Below, one piece after another: positions 55,984 through 64,000 of a stretch of 64,000 bases of DNA. Under the pieces are notes generated by a model. That model was not told where the DNA came from. It did no database searches and saw only the letters and a program-made list of their open reading frames with translations. Every line of letters begins with the position of its first letter. Position 1 is the stretch's first letter. Position numbers and translations under genes: made by a program. Source of the stretch: Dipteris shenzhenensis (taxonomy: Eukaryota); NCBI GenBank assembly GCA_047967505.1, contig CM106538.1; one strand, 5' to 3'.

Positions 55984-56578
55984 GGTCTGCTTTGTCCTTG
56001 GTCTCTTTTCCTTTTCATGAGGCTGTGAGACAGTAGGCTGAGGCTCTTGCTCAGCTTGTACTAGAGGCTCCTCATATTTGATCATCTCGAGGCACAGAGG
56101 GTTGATGGTGCTCTTTCGTGCGGTCTGCTTGGCTGAAGGATTGGGGCCAAGGTTCATTATATCTGCGAGCCCGCCAAATACTTCCTCTTGTTGTGGCCCC
56201 TGTAATCTCTCCATCTCCTCTCTTTGCCTTTCTTGCTCCCCTTGTTGATCTAGATGCCCCACGCTAGGACCCCACGGAGAAGGGAGGGGCAGTTGATCAG
56301 GACTGACTGGACTATTTTGCCCCTCTCGGGAGACCTCTCTACTTCCACGATTAGTTGTGGAAGGACTGAGGGGAGCCCTCATCATGCTTAGATCCTTCAT
56401 CGTGCTGGGATTCCTCATGGCACTGAGATCCCTGGGATCTCCCATGAGAGTTGGATGGTGGGGACTCGTGTTGCTTGGACTCCTAGTGAGGAGACGTTTC
56501 TATGGCGTTGTGAGGAGGACAACGGGTAGCATCTAAACGGCATCCAGTGGGTCTAGCAGTTTGTTTAACTCGTGCCAT
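55984..56578 (-). pseudogene. Small disordered protein with three histone H3-tail-like motifs; frameshifted and apparently 3'-truncated
   Basis: ATG at 56578 gives MARVKQTARPTG. KQTARKST is at 56130-56107 and PRTKQT at 56001-55984. One frameshift and one stop lie between the first motif and ORF 55810-56445. Confidence 0.7.
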
Positions 56579-56593
56579 AGAAATGAGGGATTT

Positions 56594-56662
56594 TAGGGTT
56601 TTGAAGTGCTTTATATAGTCTTTTTTAAAGCACTTTAGGGTTTTTCTTTTAAATTAGGGTTT
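56594..56662 (-). promoter_or_regulatory. Putative promoter: three telo-boxes (AAACCCTA) and a TATA box
   Basis: TAGGGTTT at 56594, 56636 and 56655; CTATATAA on the minus strand at 56618-56611, directly upstream of ATG 56578. Confidence 0.6.
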
Positions 56663-56858
56663 TTTGAGTGCACCTCCTCCCCCCCCAGTCTTTTGTCGCC
56701 AGTTCAGTAATACTTAATCTTCACCACCCTCCCTCCCAACCCACTCACCCCTCCACCCTGCCATGTTGCACATGCAATTCTGCAATTTTCAAACAAATTT
56801 GTGAATTTTGGAATCTATAATTGACTCAAAATAGTGTTAATTTTATTCATCAAACATT

Positions 56859-59738
56859 TTACATTTGGGGCTCTCTTAGGACCCAACGCCTCCCCTGTCT
56901 GACTCTACGTTGCAACCAAAGTGCAACCCCTTGGCTCCCTATTGAGGACTTCCAAGCAGCAAATCTCCTTGTCTTCTTGACATGTTGAACCGCTTTTGTG
57001 AGACTTGAGAACTCTACCTTATCACGCTTGAGAGTCCTGGCCTCTAGACATCTATAAAACCAATCGAACATTTCGTGTAGTGCATTGCTTTGCGCGATAC
57101 CACCCCCATGCCTTGTATTCTTGAAGTATGCTACCTTTGCTCTGTAGTGTGATTTCTCCATTCCTTGAGTATTCCAAATGGACAGAGGGCCCCATTGCTC
57201 CACAAACCATGGTGCATGTGCGTAAAGAATATGCTGTAAAGAAAAACATTGTATTAGAAACATAAATTGACTCAAGTTTAAAGCACAAAATTTCAACCTA
57301 AGGAGGATTACCATGTAATGTGTAATATGTGACTCCCCCCATGCTTCTACCATCAATGATATGAATTCTCCCAATGCTATCCTAAATCTCTCATAATAAA
57401 GCTCATCTGTTTGACCTTGTCTAAGCAACTTTATAAATGCATCAAGATTTGTCCACAGTTTTGCTCTCAAAGTAGCAATTCACGGATGTGAAGCTTGATT
57501 TGTGGTGCACTCACAAAAATCTTTCTAGTATTTCCAACCTAGGGTGCTTTGAGCCAATGTATGTTTTTCTTTATCAGCATTGTGGTTGGACAAGTACCTC
57601 CTTGCCTTTCCTCCACCCATGGACACTTTAGCAGGAAGATTTTGTGTCTTTCCTGATTGTTTCTTATCCTGCTTAAGCTTCACATTGCCTCCGTGAAGTC
57701 CCATTAGTGAGAGTAGTTCTTTAGCTTTTGCAATGCATTGTGCAGATACTTGATGTGGCCTCAAATTCCAAGCATAAACTAGATGGAGATAGAGTAACTT
57801 ATCAAGTATACGCAGTTCAGTATGCAAAGTACACATGTGTACTTGCTCCAATGGAATTGGTAGAATGGGGTCCGACTTAGGATCCTTTTTGTGACAATCA
57901 GGGGCTACACTTTGGTTGCAAGAAAGGATGCCATTTTCCCACTGTAGGCTTCCCTTTTGCATCTTCTGAGAGTGGGTGAATACAAGCATGTCCATTTTGC
58001 ATCTGCACCTATATCACAACCATACAAGCACTTGAGGGTCTTCAAATCACCAGATTCCATTCAACTTGAAACATTCCATGCCCATCCACGATTAATGTTT
58101 GCCCTACCTCTTGTCTTCGAATAATCGACGGGATGCCGCTCTCTTCAAAACCCACTTCAATGTCTCGTGGCACTCCTTTGGGGTCTCAAAGGTTGCAAGC
58201 CACCATATGTCCTTCTAAGATTGGACTAAGAAATCCTGCTCAACTTCCTCATCCCCTTGAGCAAAACGCAAGGCGTCGTTCATAATACAAATGCTCACCC
58301 TTTCTAGCTTGTGCTCTTTTACCAACTGAGCTTCATCCATTTTTATAACAAATACTAGCTTGCCATCTGTACAATGAAAGAGAAATTCAATAAGGATATA
58401 GAAATCAAAAGAAATAAAGTTGAATGTGAAGAGGGAATTTCTCTTACCTTCTTCTCTCATCCCATAGAATTTGACCATGGCTCTCTGCAAATTCTTTACA
58501 TCCACATAAACATTATTGAAAGCATTCATCTCAAACATTTGGATGCCAGATTTCTTTTTACTCTTCCAAGTCATTGTGCCACTTACACAATGGTATCCTC
58601 CAAGCTTTTCTCTAGCACATTGGTTTGTTTCTTGACGTGCAAGCCTTACAGACCACGGTGTTGGCAATGGCATTGTAGATATCTTATACTTTTCCTCCAT
58701 AGTAGACTTGAAAATTTTAAAAACAGAGTTGTAAGCTTCACGACTTACACCAATAGCATCACAAGCTCCAAGCACCTCCTTTGCTTGGACGAGGCCCTTG
58801 AAATCCTTCATTACCTCTCTAGCAACTTGTTTACATAGCCCTTTTTGTCTAGGGTCCTTCAACACTTCCATGACATCACTTGGCTTTATTAAACTTCTTA
58901 GAACATATGAAGGATCACTATTATCCATTTCCATTGTTCCCATCACATCCTCTATGAAATTCCTAAAGTAGAGTACAAATGAGTCTTAGTGGAAAGAATG
59001 CAACACCACAAATATTTTGGTGTAAGCAATTTCATTGAAAATTTTGGGAACTAACCTTGCAGCCTGTATTCTCCTCTTTCGGGCACCACTACTGGTTGAC
59101 AATGCATCCATAGATTGCAATTATCTTTTCCTCTCCTTTAGTCCCAAAGGTGTTCCCTTCAACTTTTGTACTTGTTCTATCGACTTCTCTTGTTCCTTCT
59201 CCACAGCACATTGAACTTGGCCATAGATAGACCTTTCCAAATCTTGTTTGCTTTCAGCAAGCTTTTGGATTGATTCTTCCAATTCATGTCGCTCCAAGTC
59301 CAGTGCATGTGCTTTGTCACTGAGTTCTTTGTTTTGCAATTGGAGATCCTACATACTATTATGCATTGCCACAATAGTAATATTTCCCAAATGTGCAAGT
59401 TCTTATGCTTGGGCTCTCTGCACCTCGCTTGCTTGCATAGCCAATGTCTGAGAATGGTTCAATCGATTGCAATAACCGAGCAATCCAGCATGTCCCTTGC
59501 CAACAAACCGAACAACATCATGCACTGTATGAAAAGGAGGACTCTTTTGGGTGGCAGGGTCTAAAGGATACAAGTTTCCATCCACCCAAAGGACAAGATG
59601 CTTCTTCCCTTGCAATTGAAGACTGTGGAGCACACTTTGAGGAGTTCCACTATATCCCAAAGAATGTGTGCTTGCATATTCTGCCTCCAGTTGTAGGTTC
59701 ACATGGTACTTGTTGGATATGTCCTCGAATGGTGCCAC
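56859..59738 (-). pseudogene. RAG1/Transib-like DDE transposase with three predicted GT-AG introns (59055-58963, 58447-58367, 57311-57234)
   Basis: FVIKMDE (D at 58337-58335); GDLKTLKCLYG...WTCLY[C] (D at 58048-58046); CTLHTELRI; ITHYM|HILYAHAPWFVEQWGPLSIWNTQGMEKSH (E at 57158-57156). Order and spacing parallel the RAG1 core. N-terminal coiled coil. Several stops and frameshifts. Confidence 0.75.
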
Positions 59739-60937
59739 GAGTACTTAAAGAGAGGTATAAGTGATGCTGGCTAAAATGTAGGGGAGAGCTGGCAAAGATG
59801 GAGTAGTGAGAGGGAGAGAGTAGCAAGGAAGAGGGAGAAGGAGAAGCAGATGAGGGCAAGAGGAAGAGGAGGGGAAGAGTAGGGCGACAGGTGTAGAAGG
59901 GAGGGAAGGAGCTGCTGTAGAAGCGAGGAGGAGGGGAGAGATGCTGCAAGAGGGAGGAGGAGGGGAGAGATTCTGCAGGAGGGAGGAGCAGAGAAGAGGG
60001 ATCCTAGGCAGGTGGAGAAGGACGGGAGAGGAAGGAGGGAGGAGGAGCTAGAAGGAGGAGGACAGGAGAGGGAGGAGGGAGGAGGAGGAGCAAGACGGAG
60101 GAGGGGAGAGGAGGAGGGAGGGGGAGGAAGGGAGACGGAGAGGGAGAGGAAGGAGGAGGAGGGAGGGAGGTAGGCAGGGAGGGAGAGAGAGGGAGAGAGG
60201 GAGAGAGAGAGAGAGAGAGGGAGGGAGGGAGGGAGATTCGAAATTTGAAATTCAAATTTCAAAAAGTGGCCCCCTCCCCTCATTGATGGGGGGAGAGGTG
60301 GGCTCAAATGTGGGCTTAACCCACCTAGGTTGGGCTGGTTAGGCCTCTTTGGGACCCTCCAAGCCCATTGCATTAGCCCACTAAGCATTCCCTAATCCAT
60401 TCCTTATGAGGCCCTTTTGAGACCCCAATTCTCCCCTAATAGTTAATAAAACTATCCCTAATCTTCGTGTTCTACCCGACAAACTTCTAGGTCTCTGGAG
60501 TTGGCGAGGAAAAGCAAGTCTTCCTTTCCTACAGAGTTTCCTCGACACACCAACTCGATCACTGCTTCAATCACACGCTTTTATACCATTGTTTGCTTTG
60601 ATACCATTGTTGGCTCTCAAAGCATCAAAGAAATTCAACACAAGTGATATAGAAAACACACAATACTGCACTTCTATTATTGTTTGACAAAATGAGTCTC
60701 AACCCTATGGGGTTTGTTGGCTATTACAAGACCTACAAATGACCCCTATACCTAGAAGTATGAGTAGCTACAAGCCACGACTCCTACATGCTCAATGGCA
60801 TTGATAAAAAGACAGATCTAAATGCCTCCATAGTTCATATATTGGTCATCTTGAGAGAGACATCGATTGCCGCCCTCGAACATGCGTGAACCTTCAAAAT
60901 CTGTTTCCTATCAACCTAAGACTAGACACGCATTCAT

Positions 60938-61864
60938 TGTTGGCACGCTCTACGTGTGCCACATGTCAGATGAAGCGTCGAGTGTGGGGGGTCCCAATCC
61001 CTCATCTCCTAGCCACGCATGCCTCTCTCCCGCCCCTAAAAGGCCCGAGAGGGATGAGAGAGAGGGTTCAATTGAGCCTTTTATATTCAAGGCCCCCAAG
61101 AGGGCACATATGCATATGGGATTATTTCCCATTATATCCACGTGTCGACATCGCGCAAGACCCCCTCCACAATTCATCTTTTAACCATGCTGAGGGGTGA
61201 AGGTCACCACTTCCCAACACCCCCCTGTGGACAAACTCCAAGGTACAACTCATCAAACCAAAGGTGACTCCCAACCAAAGCAAGGAGGGGCCAACCAAAC
61301 AAGGCAAATGGGACAAATCAAACTCCATGTAACCAACAACAAAGATCACCTTTGCAGGTGGTGTAGTGTCGTGGATGTCTCGCACACAAAAGTGCATTGC
61401 TTTGTCTACCACAGAGGCTGAGCATAGCGTGTAGCCAAAGCCCACGGGAGTCAAATCACAATCAGTGCCTTCAAGAGCCATCGTCGTAATAAAGTCACAA
61501 ACAATGCGCCGCCACGAACAGTTAGTCTCTATCACCGCACGTAATCTGTCATACAATCGGCAGGTTCAGCCCTGCTCTGATACCATGTTGGCACACTCTT
61601 TTTCGTGCCATGTGTCAGATGGAGCCTCGAGTGCAGGGGTTCCAATCCTGTGCCTCCTAGCTAGGCATGCCTCTCTCTCCCCCCGACAGGTCCCATGAGG
61701 GATGAGAGAGAGGATTCAATTGAGCCCTTTATATTCAAGGCCCCCAAGAGGGCACATATGCATATGGGATTATTTCCCATTATATCCACGTGTCACAAAG
61801 TGCAAGACCCCTCTACAATTCATCTTTTGACAATGCCGAGGGGTGAAGGCCACCACTTCCAACA
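60938..61864 (-). mobile_element. TRIM (terminal-repeat retrotransposon in miniature) nested in the Copia 5' LTR
   Basis: Direct repeats 60938-61219 and 61586-61864 (TGTTGG...CCAACA); PBS-Met 61574-61585; PPT after 61219; TSD TTCAT/TTCAC; the sister LTR has a single TTCAC (empty site) at 43982-43986. Confidence 0.92.
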
Positions 61865-62118
61865 TTCACCATGCATAGGCTAGTCTCCATATGCTTGCAT
61901 AGTCCAATCATCTTCTAGCAGCCACCTCATGTGCACGTGAATAAATCACACGACTACCCAACCGACCATCTAAAGAGCTAATTCACACAAGTGAGACCCC
62001 TAACGGAATTTAGATCCCTTCTGAAGGAATATCCAACAAGACAGAGAGAGAAAGAGAGACAGAGAGAGAGGGAGGAGAGCAAAAAACACTCACACACACA
62101 CACAGAGAGGGAGGGGGG

Positions 62119-62157
<39 letters not shown>

Positions 62158-62231
62158 AAAGATATATTAACGTCCACCGAGGCCTCGCAGGCCAATGGGA
62201 CAAGAGAGAAGTGCAAGAAGAGATGCGGAGG

Positions 62232-62292
<61 letters not shown>

Positions 62293-64000
62293 GATTGGGT
62301 TGGAAAGGTTAAGCAGTCTAGGTAGGCTCGGCTGGCCTTCAATGGGTTGCTAGCATGAGAGACAACAAATAGAGACCTATAGGCTGCTAGCATGCAAGAC
62401 AACAAATATAGACCTAACATTAGATACAGTGTAGATCTATAGAAATTTCTGATATAGTCAAATCCGGATGTGCTGGTTTCAGGCAGCAATAGCTATATAT
62501 TAGATGACATGGAGAAATAGATTAAGGGACAAATATAGGAAGGCATAGATAGGCTAACTCAAAGAAGGCTAGGCAAAACCGTAGTTATCATTTTCATGAC
62601 TAGAGGGAAAGACATGTCCAACCGACACATGTTAGGTTAACTCAAGGAAGACTAAGCGGAAACGTAATTAATCGTTTTCATGACAGAGGGATAGACCCAT
62701 TGCGAAGGGTAGAAAGCTGCAAGAAATGGTCCAAAGAAGGGCGAGATCTAATGTGAAAATTACATAGAATTTAATTAAACCTGAATTTGATCCTCACGTT
62801 CCCACCTTGAGAACCGGCGGAGCGATTGTCTAACCTGTCGTAGACGACTATAACCTGACCAGTGTAAATTCTATTTCCTTTCGGACGGCCTAATATTGAT
62901 ATACTGTAATATAAACAGTGTAAATTCCTTTTCCTTTTGGGACTGCCGCACTTATCAGGGGCAATGTCGCGTTATTATGAAACTTCGAACTGTGTTCATG
63001 AGAAGCTATGGGAGCCTAAGACCCAGTGCCCAGATTTAACAGAGACTTTCGCTTGGACAACTTTTGGCTCAGGGACCTTATGGAGTGAACATTTGTGACT
63101 ACATGGTCAAGAGTAGTGTAGACTAAAAAATGCAGAGAAGAAAAGCTACCTGAAGTGTGTCAACTCTAGTCGGCAAATGTAGAACCAGTTAGTAGTGCTG
63201 CGATGTCACGAACATGAGTGCATTCCTCAAGATATTCAGTCTGTCGCGGTGCACTGATCTGCACGGGAGCAATATTGCATCATAATAGTTTCACGGATAC
63301 AGTTCACAAGACATGCTTAAAATGTTAATTGTAACGTGTGATGCAAGACTCTCTCTCAAGGAGTGGACAAACTTTTGTCATAATATAGTTGGGTTCAATA
63401 GTGCTCGATTTAACAGTCTCGCTTGTTAAAACAACATTTCGCTTGCGATGTACCCATATCCATTAACATTATCTAGAAGTAGGTGCCCACGACAATGGAA
63501 AAAGGGGTATTAGAATTTGTCGTGGAGCGGGTAAGGGCGATTAGGACAATAGCCAAACATCTTAACTTCGGAATGTATAATGCTGTGAGGAAATCTACAT
63601 ATTTATACAAGAGATCAAAATATTTCATCGAGACAGATTACATCAACCGACGTCCGATTATTAGCTATTTGCTGCATTAATCATTACATAATGAGAACCG
63701 TCACTTAGTAGTTCGCTTGAAGATGTCTATCTTCCTAACCAATGCCTAGTGGGATTGGTGTCTCGCTCGAAAAAACTATTGCTTTACCAAAACAGTGACA
63801 GATCCGAGAGAATCCAACCGATGAACAAAAATAAGCAATGCACAACAGGATTCGTATCCTCTTAAGCATGTGCTTTAGCAATCAGAACTCTCATTAAAAT
63901 TCAAAAACTACTTGGCTACGTGTATAACTTAATAATTCTCCCAATTCAGTACAATAGCCGTTTCAGAAATTGAATTTATGGAACGCAAACTATGTTACAA

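Larger units (their letters stand above)
45187..60444. mobile_element. TIR DNA transposon with a RAG1/Transib-like transposase and accessory genes
   Basis: Inverted repeats 45190-45220 and 60410-60440 match at 30 of 31 nt (ATTAGGGGAGAATTGGGGTCTC(C/A)AAAGGGCC). The left end starts CAC. Inserted between the PBS and gag of the host Copia. No convincing TSD. Confidence 0.8.
43657..62038 (-). mobile_element. Non-autonomous Copia-type LTR element (gag only) hosting nested insertions
   Basis: LTRs 43657-44155 and 60608-62038 (the latter interrupted by a TRIM), both TGTTGG...CCAACA; PBS (reverse complement of GCTTTGATACCA) just before 60608; PPT right after 44155; flanks AGAGA/AGACA in a GA microsatellite; gag remnant at ~44400-45145 (WFMQKGLWSIVSG). 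Confidence 0.88.

Noticed and set aside
56107-56578. Genuine histone H3 or CENH3 gene
   Set aside because: No histone-fold sequence (e.g. RYRPGTVALREIR) follows any of the tail motifs in the frames I read.
59771-60388. 205-aa Pro/Ser/Leu-rich ORF upstream of the transposase
   Set aside because: Translation of a purine-rich low-complexity subterminal region; the same applies to 45346-45960.
62500-64000. Non-repetitive, CpG-retaining sequence that could be a promoter or gene edge
   Set aside because: No recognisable ORF or RNA motif; nothing supportable from this window alone.

Overview
Repeat-rich land-plant genomic DNA; a fern-like origin is only my impression from its composition. One intact host gene is present, a two-exon plastid-division gene (PDV2-like, 2245-3731). 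The rest is nested transposons: a gag-only Copia-type LTR element (5290-8978), a decayed Athila-like Gypsy (to 24757), a LINE ORF1 fragment, a truncated Copia abutting a Helitron helicase remnant, and a second gag-only Copia (43657-62038) that holds further insertions. The most notable is a TIR-bounded DNA transposon (about 45187-60444; about 8.9 kb once a nested chromovirus is removed). It encodes (i) an intron-containing transposase with the RAG1/Transib pattern of catalytic and zinc-binding motifs, (ii) a small ORF with three histone H3 N-terminal-tail-like motifs (MARVKQTAR, KQTARKST, RTKQT) behind a telo-box/TATA promoter, and (iii) a convergently oriented gene with a BAH-like domain and a possible ubiquitin-like tail, plus one more unknown ORF. 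All these genes are decayed in this copy. Family and domain calls were made by eye and need HMM or structure confirmation.
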